Source: Octopus sinensis
Taxonomy: Eukaryota
Assembly: GCF_006345805.1 (NCBI RefSeq)
Contig: NC_043006.1
Span: 38,192,001 to 38,256,000, forward strand
Reading direction: 5' to 3'
DNA length: 64,000 bases
The translations under genes and the position numbers were made by a program. The notes under the pieces are model-generated. The model was not told the origin of the DNA. It did not search any database and saw nothing but the letters and a program-made list of their open reading frames with translations. Shown piece by piece: positions 25,367-38,985 of this stretch; positions within the stretch are counted from its first letter, which is position 1; each line of letters opens with the position of its first letter.

Positions 25367-26143
25367 GACAACAAACAAAATGAGGACAAATATCCGTGAA
25401 ATGTAAACAATATAAATGATAGGCATACAAGTATTGTATAAATTTTATGATTGAAAAATTTAATATATTTTGTACATATGAGTATATCAGCCTACGGGCA
25501 CAATGAAACGGGTTCGTGGGCGCAACTCCGCCCGCGGACGGAGGTTTTCCCACCCTTGATTTAGGACATCATTTTTCACGTTTGTTTGACGGACGATAAG
25601 GCGTGAATTCCTTCTTGCAGCCATATTTTGTGGTCATGATCTGTTTGTTGTATCATTTGTTATGTTTTTCATTTTTGTTGTAGCTGTCGTATTTTCACGC
25701 ACACAAATACGTTTTGTACACACGCACGCACACAAATACACTGTGGGCACGCGCACATACGCATACATACGCATACAAATCATACACAAACACGCTGTGC
25801 GCGTACGCACGCTAACACACACACACATATATACACACACACACAAATGCATTCTGGGCATGCGCACAAACACGCGAGTACACTCAGACTATGTGCGAGC
25901 GCACAAACACTCAACTTCTTTTATTCTTTTACTTGTTTCAGTCATTTGAGTGTGGCCATGCTGGGGCACCGTCTTTTGCCGAACAAATCGACCCCAGGAC
26001 TTATTCTTTGTAAGTCTAGTACTTATTCTTTTGCCAAACCGCTAAGTTACAGGGACGTAAGCACACCAGCATCGGTTGTCAAGCGATGGTGGGGTACAAA
26101 CACAAAAATACATACCTAAAAACACACACACATATAGATATGT

Positions 26144-26357
26144 GTGTTATAATTTAGAGCAAATAGTAAAAGGTTGTCATAGTACTCGGAGTTTCGAATG
26201 TCGGAGTGAAGGGCTACGATGCATTTTCGTCGGTTATTAATGGCAACAGACGCTATGTAAAACCGTTGAATAAAAGGGAAGTTACTGTTTGTTCTAAATT
26301 ATAACATATAAATAATCTTCTATTTATCTAATATCGAGGTTTCATTCTTTTGTTGTC

Positions 26358-26360
<3 letters not shown>
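26144..26360. mobile_element. Penelope-like remnant with hammerhead-like motif
   Basis: Inverted ends TGTTATAATTTAGAGCAAATAGTAA and TTACTGTTTGTTCTAAATTATAACA plus a tail; minus-strand CCGACGA..AATG..CATT C GAAAC TCCGA GTA at about 26180-26237. Confidence 0.6.
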
Positions 26361-26406
<46 letters not shown>

Positions 26407-26412
26407 TATAAA

Positions 26413-26640
26413 TATAATCAAAATAAGCATCAAGAATGACTCCGGTAATTTGGTACGACAGTACCAAATTACCGGAGTCATTCTTGTTGCTTATTTTGAT
26501 TATAATCACCCTACGGATTTATATGGATAACAACACATACAGAATTCTGGTGCATCTAAATTAAGTACCATATTCATTTGAATGTAAATTTTTGCTGAAC
26601 TTATATATATATATTATATCAAATTAGCCCTAATATTTAT
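26413..26640 (+). mobile_element. Penelope-like remnant: near-perfect hairpin plus tail in (TA)n
   Basis: TATAATCAAAATAAGCATCAAGAATGACTCCGGTAATTTGGTAC-gaca-GTACCAAATTACCGGAGTCATTCTTGTTGCTTATTTTGATTATA. Confidence 0.6.
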
Positions 26641-27146
26641 TATTATATATACGATGGGCTTCTTTCAGTTTACGTCTACCAAATCCCCACACATGGTTTT
26701 GGTCGACCCGAGGCTATAGTAGAAGACATTTGCCGAAGCTGCCACGCAGTGGGACTAAACCCGGAACCATATTCGTTTTTTTTTATTGCATAAAATACTC
26801 TATTAACGTTTGCTTATAAAATTATTTCGGAGTAAGTGGCAAGGAATAGCGTTGGATATCTACCGAATAATGAAGCCTCATCGAAATTTGCATTTAAATT
26901 TGAGTTCGACTTGAATTTGGTGTTGAGCACTTTTCTGTACAGTGAACGATCAAATGAATTTGGTCGCTCCTTGTGCCACGAACAGTGGCGACTCGTGTAC
27001 ATGAATTACGTAACTGCAGCACCCCTTCAGGTGTAACTCAGACTAACAAGAGACTAACTCGACCAAAATTTAAAATATGTTATTAATCTCTACAACCATC
27101 TGAGCACTGCTTCTTCCGACAACCAACACGAAACCTATGTATATAA

Positions 27147-27244
<98 letters not shown>

Positions 27245-27255
27245 TATACTATATA

Positions 27256-27294
<39 letters not shown>

Positions 27295-27440
27295 TTAATA
27301 TATATATTTATATATATATATATATATATTTTATATATATATATATATATATACATATATATTTATATATATATATATATAATATATTTATATATATATA
27401 TTATATATATATATATATTATATATATATATATATATATA

Positions 27441-27478
<38 letters not shown>

Positions 27479-28330
27479 GTAAGTGCGCACCAGTAACACA
27501 CGTCTGATGAAGTGTCACTCTAATGTCTTAAACCGCAAACATTACGTAAATTTTCACTTCGAATATTACGTAAACTGGTGTTGCAAGCAGAGTTGGTATA
27601 GAAACAATTGTAACCGATCATTAAAGATGTTAAAAGATTTCTTTGTCTTATTCCTTAGATTATAGTTTACTCTTCGCCGCCACACCCACACTAAAGGTTT
27701 TACCGCCGTGAAACCTGGATTTTCTAAGCTTGAAGAATTTCATTATTAGTTTGGAATCCGACAGCATTGATTGCCCTGAACTCGGGTTGAGTGCTTCGCT
27801 GGAAATACCCCACCTTTATATCCAACAAAGATCTTATGTGTGTGCGTGTGTGTGTTTAAATATATGTAAATACACACATTCATATATATATATATATACA
27901 TACATACATACAAATACGTATACTCATATATAATGATATTAGCTACACACACATGATGCAGTTGCGTAATCTATCCAGCTCATAGCATTATGCTGTCAAA
28001 CAAGTTGCATCATGCATATTTCGTTGTGCATATCATAATTCTGAGGTTAAGTACAGCGTACCATATAAGAAGGTTCGTTCTTTTTAGTCTCGTCATCTCA
28101 TAAGACGAAGGAAACAATTACAGAGGAATTTTGAATGCAAGGTGAAACTAGTCGGTGCGATCCCCATTTCAAGCAGGTGAAAGAACTGGCGTTTATTTTC
28201 ACAGTAATTCTCAATATATGTTTGCTAGGTTTATTAAAGAATGAATATGATGAATGCAAACCCAATACATGATATATGTGTGTGTGTATGTATATGCATA
28301 CATATATATGAGTGTGTGGGCATCTCTCTA

Positions 28331-28393
<63 letters not shown>

Positions 28394-28468
28394 TTATCTA
28401 TTTGTCTGTCTGTCTGTCTGTCTACCTATCTGTCTATCTATTTATCTGCCTGTCTGTCTGTCTGTCTG

Positions 28469-28559
<91 letters not shown>

Positions 28560-29024
28560 ATCTATCTACCTGTATGTATAGTATCATCGCCTAGTGTGCC
28601 GTCAAGGGCCGGTGCCTTGCATTTGCAAAATTTCGCGCTAATAGTCTGTGAGGCGCCGCGCGATAAAAAAATATACAGATACGTTCGCAGAGTTATGTAC
28701 GCCCACACACATATATGCCATATTACAAACACACAAATAATCACCGACTCGTACACACACACGCACCACCCACATATACATATTTACTAACACGCGCACA
28801 TGTAACTGAATATTTGTAATGGCTTCATTGTGCATCGAAGTAACACTTTGCTGCTTACTTACTTTCATTTAATGAGTCATCTTGCAAGTGGTTGTTATTT
28901 CCTCCATTTAGACACCTTGGCGGTGAAATACCTGCCTAAAGAATATGAGACCTCGAAATCAGTACAAGAATGTTGAAATATGTTCTGCTACTCAAATATT
29001 CTCTCTAAAATGGAAGGACATTCC

Positions 29025-29080
<56 letters not shown>

Positions 29081-29099
29081 ATATATATAATAAATTTTT

Positions 29100-29340
29100 T
29101 GCGTAATGAGATCAAAAACCAACGCTGTGTAGATATTAGAACAGTTATAGATAGAAGGTCTTACAGCTGTTTCCAGGATATTTTTTATTATATCCCTTCT
29201 GCGGAGACGGTGTGAGAAGATGATTAAGTAATAAATAAATTAGATAGGATACAAAATAGAGAGTGAGGTGGAGGAAAGAAAATAGATGTGAGATATGTAG
29301 GGATACTGAATTTGTAGATCCATTTTTTAGGCAGAATGGT
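29100..29340 (-). mobile_element. Penelope-like 3' end with degenerate hammerhead, abutting (TA)n
   Basis: Minus 29208-29158 reads GTCT CCGCAGA A GGGATAT-aataaaaa-ATATCCT G GAAAC AGCT GTA AGAC (palindromic ACAGCTGT stem III). Confidence 0.65.
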
Positions 29341-30069
29341 ATATATAGTCGTCACATTTAGCTCTAGTCGTCACATTTAGCACCTGCAGAGTGAATTGCA
29401 GACAGTCCTCAACTCGCTTATGGAAAATTCGCCGTCACTAAAAGCGACTAAGTGTGCAGAGCAACATCAGCATTGCTAGAAACAAGAGTAAAAGACTCTT
29501 TTACCACAATCAAAGCACAGTTCTATGTACTGTCAAGGGAGACAGCCATTTTAGAGAGAACTAAAGTTCAGGGTAGAACCAGCATTGCTAGAGACAAGAT
29601 TCAAAGACTCTTTAACCACGAACAAAGCACGGTTCTATGTACTGACAAGGGACACACAAACACATACACACACGTAGGTAGATAAATAGGATGTGTTACC
29701 AATATTTACAACTTTCTTCAATCTAAATTCTACCCAACCATTTTCAGCGGACATTTTCCCTGGGAGGGTTGTGTGGATAGAATCACCGGACACCTCCTCG
29801 CCCAGGTCATTATATCTTATAGCTGAATTCCTAAGCGTTACCAGTTGAGACAATGTTATCCAACCATCAAATTGTTGGTGTATCTTCAAGTTTCATGCCT
29901 TAGGATTCTTTCCTGAGACATTCTAAAAACACACACTAAGAGAAGCGTGATCTTTTAATGCAGAGAAGTAGCGGCCTGCCTGATCTCTGTACACCCTGTT
30001 GAGTAACGTTACTCCAGAGACTCTTCGGAGGAAACCTATTTCGGCCATTTGTAATCGCAAATGCACTCT

Positions 30070-30290
30070 TTCGGTCACTGTCCAACTGAAGGGATTCATT
30101 GCCGACTGTTGCGTTGCAGGGATAAGAATTAGTGATATGAAGACTGAGAGAATGGTTTTCTCAAGGAATCTTCTTCCCAGTGCACTCTACATGGTCAGAG
30201 GAACATCACTGAGACAAGTGGAGAAGTTTAAGTATCTCAAGGCCGTATTCATGAGTGATGCGAAGCAGGAGGCTGAATCAGATGCTAAAT
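30070..30290 (+). pseudogene. RTE-clade LINE reverse transcriptase C-terminal fragment
   Basis: GFIADCCVAGIRISDMKTERMVFSR...LRQVEKFKYLKAVFMSD matches the G..IS..KT..M and V..FKYLG motifs of non-LTR RT. Confidence 0.75.
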
Positions 30291-30314
30291 CTGAATTCGA
30301 CTTTTAAAACACAT

Positions 30315-30516
30315 ACTCTTTTACTATCTTTTACTTGTTTCAGTCATTTGACTGCAGCCATGCTGGGGCACCCCCTTTCGTCGAGCAAATCGACCCCAGG
30401 ACTTATTCTTTGTAAGCCTAGTATTTATTCTATCGGTTCTCTTTTGCTAAACCGCTAGGTTACGGGGACGCAAACACACCACCATCGGTTGTCAAGCGAT
30501 GTTGAGGGGACAGACA

Positions 30517-30591
<75 letters not shown>

Positions 30592-30720
30592 TTATATATA
30601 CGACGGGCTTCTTTCAGTTTCCGTCTACTAAATCCACCCACAAGGCTTTTGTCGGCTCGGGACTATAGTAGAAGACACTTGGCCAAGGTGCCACGCAGTG
30701 GGACTGAACCCGGAACCATG
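30315..30720 (-). mobile_element. SINE family A
   Basis: Reverse complement of the 20059-20449 consensus, 5'-truncated. Confidence 0.85.
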
Positions 30721-31867
30721 TTTACAGTAAAATTCAATTTTTGCAATACTTTAACTTCTATTACTGAAAGATGCAGGCGTAGCTGTATGGTTAAGAAACT
30801 GATATTGGTTTGTTTACATCCCCGTAACTTAGCGGTTCAGTAAATGAAACCGATAGGATTATGTACAAGACTAAATAAAAACGTAAGTGCTGAAGTCAAT
30901 TTATTCGACTAAACTCGTCGAGGTGGTGCCCCAGCATGGCCGCAGTCCAATGGCTGAAACTATTAAAAGACAGAAAATTGATAATTTGGCTCGATCTGTT
31001 CAATTACCCCAAATTATACCTTACTGTAACGATGAACACTGGATAATGAAGTCCTAGACATACAAGAACAAAGAATGGCCATGGCTAGAACGCGTATGAT
31101 CATAATTCTGTTTTATCATAGTGACTTGGAAGCTTCACAAGAATTTCGGCTGCCACTGAAATTTGTATTAATTCTAGTAGCGATCTGAAATGTCCTCGAC
31201 AGCTATTCGAAAACAAGTAGCAAATCTTAAACTATTCTGTTTTCTTTTGCCATAAAATGTAGTCTTAGGCGTTGCCGTAAGAACTAATTTGGATAATATT
31301 AAGTTTATGTTCCTCTAAGGTGATACAAACACTGAAACATGCTTGTTTGAGAATGATATTAATAATTGGCCAATATGGTTTTCTCTCTTTACCGCTTGTA
31401 TATACTTCTACTAAGCTTGTTGCATTGCTCTATGTATTAAATAGGTTGGCACAAAATTATGAATAGCTATTTGCGCAGACGACGCTTTTGAATTACTGGC
31501 ATATAATGTATTTACTGGCATATAATGTAGACTTTCGTATAAGATTCACCTCGATTTTACAAATTTACTATTTCATTATATTGAAAGATATTTTAAGTGA
31601 TTTAGTATTTGTATGTGGGAGAGATGTATGATTCCGCGCATATAAATATAATGCTATGACAGTATACTGGAATAACGTATTAAACCATATATTTATCATA
31701 TTAACTGCGTTATACGAGCTCCAATATTCAGTTTTATCTTCTTGCAGATCAACTATATAGTTGTTTATATTTTGGTCGAAAGAATTGTCACAAAGGATAT
31801 ATAAAACACATATTTCTATGGCGTATAACGTAACCGTGATTGGCCACCAGGTTGGTACACCAACATT

Positions 31868-32254
31868 GTGGAGGCGCAATGGCCCAGTGGTTAGGGCAGC
31901 GGACTCGCGGTCGTAGGATCGCGGTTTCGATTCCCAGACCGGGCGTGGTGAGTGTTTATTGAGCGAAAACACCTAAAGCTCCACGAGGCTCCGGCAGGGG
32001 ATGGTGGTGATCCCTGCTGTACTCTTTCACCACAACTTTCTCTCACTCTTACTTCCTGTTTCTGTTGTACCTGTATTTCAAAGGGCCGGCCTTGTCATTC
32101 TCTGTGTCACGCTGAATATCCCCGAGAACTACGTTAAGGGTACACGTGTCTATGGAGTGCTCAGCCACTTACACGTTAATTTCACGAGCAGGCTGTTCCG
32201 TTGATCGGATCAACCGGAACCCTCGTCGTCGTAACCGACGGAGTGCTTCCATCC
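31868..32254 (+). mobile_element. tRNA-derived SINE family C, full length
   Basis: Head GGAGGCGCAATGGCCCAGTGGTTAGGGCAGCGGACTCGCGG...GGTTTCGATTCCC; TSD ACACCAACATT at 31857-31867 and 32255-32265; related 3' parts at 37205-37500 (-) and 60418-60710 (+). Confidence 0.9.
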
Positions 32255-33324
32255 ACACCAACATTATGGTTTTGTTGTCATTTCAAAATAACTGATAGGC
32301 TTAACATTCCGTTAATTTTTCAAAGAGAACTTCCATTTATATAATTTTTAAAATGTCTCTCAAAGGTAACGCAACCATTAAATAATGTAAGACACATCAG
32401 GTGTGGGTTATGGATGCTGGGGAAGGATGTATAATGAGATGATGACACTAGACCACATAACTGCCAACGTCTGTAACAATTTGGCTCGCTTTCCATATCT
32501 TATTTGGAACAATCTTGCAGATTCATTTGGCTCTCAAGCCCGTAACACGACCGCATGAGACACAGGATAATCTTTTTTAAGCATTAGGAAAAAAAAAAAG
32601 AACAAACCGCATCATATACATAAGAAAATACAGTATTTTTGTAATTCGTTCGATTTCTTTACGTTAATAATTGTACGTCATAAAGCGGCGAGCTGGCAGA
32701 ATGCCTAGCAGCATGTCGTCTGTCTTTACCCTCTGAATTCAGATTTCATTGAGGTTGACTTTGCCTTTCATCCTTTCGAAGTCGATAAAATAAGTACCAG
32801 TCATCAACTTATCCTCTCTCACGAAATTGCTGGCCTTGTACCAAAATTTGAAACCAATAATAACACGCAATGAATCTCTCATTAATTCCGGCAAGTACGA
32901 TGAAGGATATTTGTCGCTAAGAAAGTGAAACTAAGATTGTTTTATGTAATTTAATGTTAAGCTGGAATATATATGAGCAATATTTAGAACTTAGAGTATA
33001 AAAAGGCGCAGGGCAGGGCAATGTGGTTCGGGAGCTTGCTTGACAACCACGTGGATTCGGGTTCCGTCCAACTAAGAGAAGAAAAGGAAAATGGAGATTA
33101 GGAAGTTAATAATTGTTTATTATTAACAGCAATTTAATCCTCATCCCTTATAACCGTTTCAATTAATACCCAGTAAATATTAAATTTATATGTCCTGAGC
33201 ATGATATCTTCAGAGGGGGAAAACTATACCATTGGATGTTTTATATGTATTTAGGGATTCATTATAGTAGACTATAATAGTAGACGGTTTATGACTTGTA
33301 TTGTTATATATGCATATGTGTGAG

Positions 33325-33403
<79 letters not shown>

Positions 33404-33465
33404 ATCTATTATCTACCTAATCTAATCTATATGGCTATATAATTATATATAATATATATATAATA

Positions 33466-33507
<42 letters not shown>

Positions 33508-33513
33508 TATATA

Positions 33514-33826
33514 TCATCATCATCATCATCATCATCATCGTTTAACGTCCGCTTTCCATGCTAGCATGGGTTGGACGGTTCAACTGGGGTCTGGAAAGCC
33601 AGAAGGCTGCACCAGGCCCAGTCTGATCTGGCAGTGTTTCTACAGCTGGATGCCCTTCCTAACGCCAACCACTCCGTGAGTGTAATGGGTGCTTTTTACG
33701 TGCCACCGGCACAGGTGCCAGACGAGGCTGGCAAACGGCCACGATCGGATGGTGCGTTTTACGTGCCACCGGCACGGAGACCAGACGAGGCTGGCAACGG
33801 CCACGATCGGATGGTGCTTTTTACGT
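33514..33826 (-). mobile_element. RTE-related SINE or non-autonomous element 3' part with internal ~58-bp tandem repeats
   Basis: (ATG)n tail on the minus strand, RTE-type GGTTGGCGTTAGGAAGGGCATCC motif, and repeats of TTTTACGTGCCACCGGCAC...CCACGATCGGATGGTGC. Confidence 0.65.
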
Positions 33827-34990
33827 GTGTGTGTGTGTGTGTGTGTGCGTGTATGTACTGTATATGTATCACCACTGATGATAAGTCAATAAGGTTGGAA
33901 ATCCATTGATGCAGTTCATCATTGTTTTCCAGTCTACAGGAAAATAGTTAAATTTGCTATGTTTGTGTTTCTACTACGTAGGTTTACATTTATCATACCG
34001 TGTGGACTGAGATTCCCATTGACAAGCCGCTCATATCAAATAAAACGTATAAACATTTATGGTATGAAAATTAGTTGCCCTAGGTCTCTGTAGCTACAGG
34101 GCTGAGATTGGTTGCTTATTTCTTTGTGATTTGTCAAATGGAGTAGACAAGTCTCAAAAGAACTCGGTAAAGTTCGAAAATCGATGAAGGCTGTTCATTA
34201 TCTATTTTTCAATAGATGGAGAAATAATTGAATTTGCTATGTTTGTATCTCTACTTCGTAGTTTACACTCCACCCCAACCCATCCACCCTCACATGCGTG
34301 TCTGATGTTGTGATTGTCTTCTCACACCGCTTGACAACCGGTGTTGGATTGTTTATGTTCCTGCAATTTAGTGGTTCGGTAAAAGAAACCAAAAGAATTA
34401 GTACCAAACTTTGAAAAAAACAAAACAAAACAAAAAGGTCTGGGGTAGATTTGTACGATAAAAAAGACCTTCAACACAGTGTCCTCTTGCATGGTTGCAG
34501 TCCAATGATCGAAACAAGTAAAAGATAGCAGATAAGAAATAAAAAAAGAAAAAGGAAAATAATTTCATAATCACAGAAAAAAAAAATATATATATAATTT
34601 CCTCTAGTGTCTAACCTCAATTATGTTTTCCATGTATCAATAGTGAAGTAATGCAATTCAATTGTCTGACATAGTCAATTACTTGGGTGCTGATAAAGCT
34701 AACAAAAAGACTAAATGCCTGACAGCGAAGTTTCTTCTTAACGATGTTAATGCGTTTTCGAATGGCCGTTTATATTAATATAATTAAACAGCCACACTGG
34801 TTATTATGATTCACACTCCTGTGCACTTAATCATTGCACTGGCAAAGACGTCTTCTACGAAAACAAAACAGTCTTTTTCATTAATACACCTTTCCAGATA
34901 AAACTCTTGCTTCCTCATATATGCAACATCAACGATTTCCGCGTTCAAATCAAGGTTACACTGTGTTATATATATATATATATATATATA

Positions 34991-35027
<37 letters not shown>

Positions 35028-35105
35028 GATATATATACATATATATATCTATATAAATATATATATATATATATACTATATATATTACATATATATATAT
35101 ACATA

Positions 35106-35145
<40 letters not shown>

Positions 35146-35193
35146 TATATACATATATATATATGATATATATATATATACTATATATATATA

Positions 35194-35250
<57 letters not shown>

Positions 35251-35259
35251 CATATATAT

Positions 35260-35322
<63 letters not shown>

Positions 35323-35339
35323 GTATGTATATATATATA

Positions 35340-35543
35340 GTTAATCGAAACAAGAAAGCACAAAAAAACACAACAACGCGAGGACGTGGAACAAATATAG
35401 TATTATTGGACGCTCAGGAAAGAAGGAGGGTTTAACGTTTCGAGCGGAGCTCTTCGTCGGAAACATAGGAGAAGGAAAGATCTAGAGAAGGGAAGAAAGA
35501 GGAAAAAAAATCGCCAACGGTACACACGCGGTCACATTTTGAA
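35340..35543 (-). mobile_element. Penelope-like 3' end with hammerhead variant, inserted in (TA)n
   Basis: Minus 35464-35430 reads GTTT CCGACGA A GAGC-tcc-GCTC GAAAC GTT AAAC; TA repeats on both flanks. Confidence 0.75.
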
Positions 35544-35786
35544 TATATATATATAAAATATTGTTTATGTAGTATCAAGCCAGTTGAAGTATATATTAAC
35601 TAAATTTGACTGAAATTGATGGGTGGAGCGTTTGGCCAATCAGATTCGCAAGGAGCCATGAAAGCGTTGATTTGTGAGTTTGATTCAGTCTGAGGTTAGC
35701 TCATTTTCAGTCATTTGTTTATATTTAAAAATTGTCGCTTCAAATTGGAGAATAAATATCATTATGATATATATTATATACTGTTA

Positions 35787-35866
<80 letters not shown>

Positions 35867-35867
35867 A

Positions 35868-35915
<48 letters not shown>

Positions 35916-36957
35916 GACGAGCTCGAGGCGAACCTGGACGTCGACGAGGAGTACCTGACCCGCCTGTTCAGGATGACTTTCGGGCCAGGGCCCATGGACA
36001 ACTTCCAGAGATCCCTGGCCTGGCAGTGTTACCGAGAAGCGCTACCCGTTCGGGATAAGCTCTACAGACACGGCTCGAGAAACACGGGGCCGACCTGCCC
36101 GAGATGCGGTCAGAGCGACGAAACCGTTCTGCACGCACTCGTGCAGTGTCCAACAACTTCCGACCTGTGGGTTTGTGTCGAACAACTGCTGTCACGTGTG
36201 GGACGAGTCGGTTTATCAGCTGAGTCTATCGTCAATATTGTCACGCCTCCTTCCTTCAAACGGGAAGGAAGAGCTATTTTCATCATCCTTGTGGCTATGG
36301 CGAAAGAATGTATCTGGTGGACGCGTCTGAAAGGATTGGAGACAAACACTTTCCTCTCTGGTCAATCTCTCATCAACTTCTTCAAGTACCACTTGAAAAG
36401 GAAAGTGAGAGTAGAGAGGCAAGTTTTGTCTAGCGAATGTTTTAAAAAAAGATGGGTGAATGTAGCAAGGATGGCACGTATGAATGACGAAGCCACCTTG
36501 AGCATAATCCTATGAACCCAGAAATTGAAAACAGAGGGTTACCCACTTGCAAACAAATGTGGTAACATATAACAATATTGACCAAGGTTACCGTGGTCTT
36601 TTTCGTAGGCTTTTCTTCCCACGGTTAAACCTTACTTGGTTTCCCCTTTACACCATATATCATAACACTGTGATACACGATCCCTATTGATCGTTCTTTT
36701 TTCCTCTTCCCCTTTTTTCCCCTTTTTTCTTCTTTTTTCATTTCTCTTTTCTTTTGTTCCTTTTCCTTTTCTTTATCTTTTTTTATTCTTTTTTTTTTTT
36801 TTTGTTCTTTTCTTCCCTTTTACGATCCCCCTTGATCGAAAACCTACGCCACCCCTTTTTTTCTTTTGTTTTTTGTTTTTTCATCCCCCAAAAGAAAAGC
36901 TCTACCTTGTAACTTGTCCCATCTGTGTGCAGCCCTGTGGCCAATAAAGAACAAAGA
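35916..36957 (+). mobile_element. 5'-truncated Tx1/L1-clade LINE (ORF2 C-terminus with zf-RVT zinc knuckle and 3'UTR) in (TATC)n
   Basis: Open frame to 36515 includes LAWQCYREALPVRDKL, CPRCGQSDETVLHALVQC and AKECIWWTR. The 3'UTR is pyrimidine-rich and ends CCAATAAAGAACAAAGA. (TATC)n lies on both sides. Confidence 0.9.
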
Positions 36958-36995
<38 letters not shown>

Positions 36996-37041
36996 ATCTA
37001 TCTATCTATCTTCTATCTATCTATCTATCGATTATCTATCT

Positions 37042-37073
<32 letters not shown>

Positions 37074-37116
37074 ATATATATATTATCTATCTATTGTCTG
37101 TCTGTCTGTCTATCTG

Positions 37117-37181
<65 letters not shown>

Positions 37182-37686
37182 ACAGACACGTACATATATA
37201 TACCGGTACTCCTTCGGTTACGACGACGTGGGTTTCAGTTGATCCAATCAACGGAACAGCTTGCTCGTGAAATTGACGTGCAAGTGGCTGAGTGCTCCAC
37301 AGACACGTGTGACCTTAATGTAGTTATCAGAAAGATTCAACGTCACATAGAGTGTGACAAGTCTGGCCCTTTTGAAATACAGGTACTGCTCATTTTTGCA
37401 GTAACGTGAAATAAAGTGACTTGCTCAAGGACACAACGCGTCGTCGGGAATTGAACTCACGACTTTGCGATCGGGAGCCAAATGCCTTAACCACCATGCG
37501 TGTGTATGTATGTGCGTATGTACATATCGATGTTGTACGGAATTGAAGAAGCAGATAGTTAAGTAAGCGTCAGTTATGCGCAGTCGTCGTCGTGTTTCAT
37601 TATATATGTGGATATTTCGGGCGAACATTTACGTAAGCCGCTCGCCACAGGCGCTCATATATTCATTTGTTTTCACGTACACGGCT

Positions 37687-37732
<46 letters not shown>

Positions 37733-37835
37733 AATATCTATCTATCTATCAATTTAGCTAGCTACATAGATACACGCACGCACCCTCCCAGCACATACAT
37801 GTATACATACACACACATATATAGATATATAAATA

Positions 37836-37879
<44 letters not shown>

Positions 37880-37934
37880 CTTATATATATATATATTATA
37901 TATAAATACTTATATATATATATATATATATAAT

Positions 37935-37968
<34 letters not shown>

Positions 37969-38133
37969 ACATATATACATATATATGCATATATATATAC
38001 ATACACTTCTTTCATGTACATGTTATATATATATATGTATATGTACATACGTTCACTCAAACACACATCTATGTATGTATAGTGTATATATTCATATACA
38101 ACATACACATACATACATACATGCAAACATACG

Positions 38134-38165
<32 letters not shown>

Positions 38166-38725
38166 TGCTTGTATGTATGTACGTATGTATGTATGTATGT
38201 ATGTATGTACGTATGTATGTATGTATGTATGTATGTATGTATGTATGTATGTATGTATGTATGTATGTATGTATACCAGTTAATACAATCGCCAAAATAT
38301 TTCCAGAATAAAAACTGCAATGGTGCCTTGCTAATTAGACAAGTTCGGAATTTTTCCCAGTTTTCTCGTAATGAAGCATTTATTTTGTTAACTCTACTCT
38401 GTGGTTTCTAGTTTAGTTTAGAAGGAATCATCTAGAAATTCCTAGATAATATCGCAAGCTTTGATTCCTCGACAATTGAGTAGTTTTGTATTGGTATGCC
38501 TTGAAGACTTAAAAATTTGGTTAGATTAAATTCTTCTGACACGAGCATTTTGCTTAAGATCAAACTGTAGATATTTCAAATATTTCTTCAATAGAGTTTA
38601 AGAAGAAAAACATGATTAAATAGTCATATACTGAACTAGAACACATTGTGTATGATCTGTCTGTCTCTTTATGTATGTATGTATGTATGTATGTATGTAT
38701 GTATGTATGTATGTATGTATGTATG

Positions 38726-38985
38726 TCATTATTCAGTTTATTTTAAGATCTCTTGCCAATAAAGATCCGGTTTCTAACCTAGATCCAAGGCTCCTTCATT
38801 GGAATTTCAACATCAACAACAGGTTTGCATATCTAGACATGCTCATATATACTTAAATGATAAACTTCTGGAAAGTTTTACAGATTTTTACAGTTCCAGG
38901 GATGGACTGGATATGTAGTCTTCGAATTAGCTTCCTCTTTTCTGGTTTCGAGAAGCCTAATTTCTCAAGATTGATATTTAGGCAT
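38726..38985 (-). mobile_element. Probable 3' end of a non-LTR retrotransposon within (CATA)n
   Basis: Minus strand encodes LNINLEKLGFSK / KLIRRLHIQSIPGTVKICKTFQKFII*, then a UTR with AATAAA; (GTAT)n flanks both sides. Confidence 0.5.

Larger units (their letters stand above)
24808..25418. mobile_element. Composite element: tRNA-like head plus Penelope-type hammerhead 3' end, in two inverted copies
   Basis: 16-bp TSD ATAGGCATACAAGTAT (24792-24807, 25419-25434); inverted arms of about 24832-25025 and 25096-25411; A-box at 25047 and B-box at 25089; two hammerhead cores. Confidence 0.85.

Noticed and set aside
27500-27545. CTGATGA as another hammerhead core
   Set aside because: No stem II followed by GAAA could be formed.
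35715-35915. N-terminal part of the 266-aa ORF
   Set aside because: YLSI repeats from (TATC)n fused in frame to a truncated LINE ORF; not a host gene.
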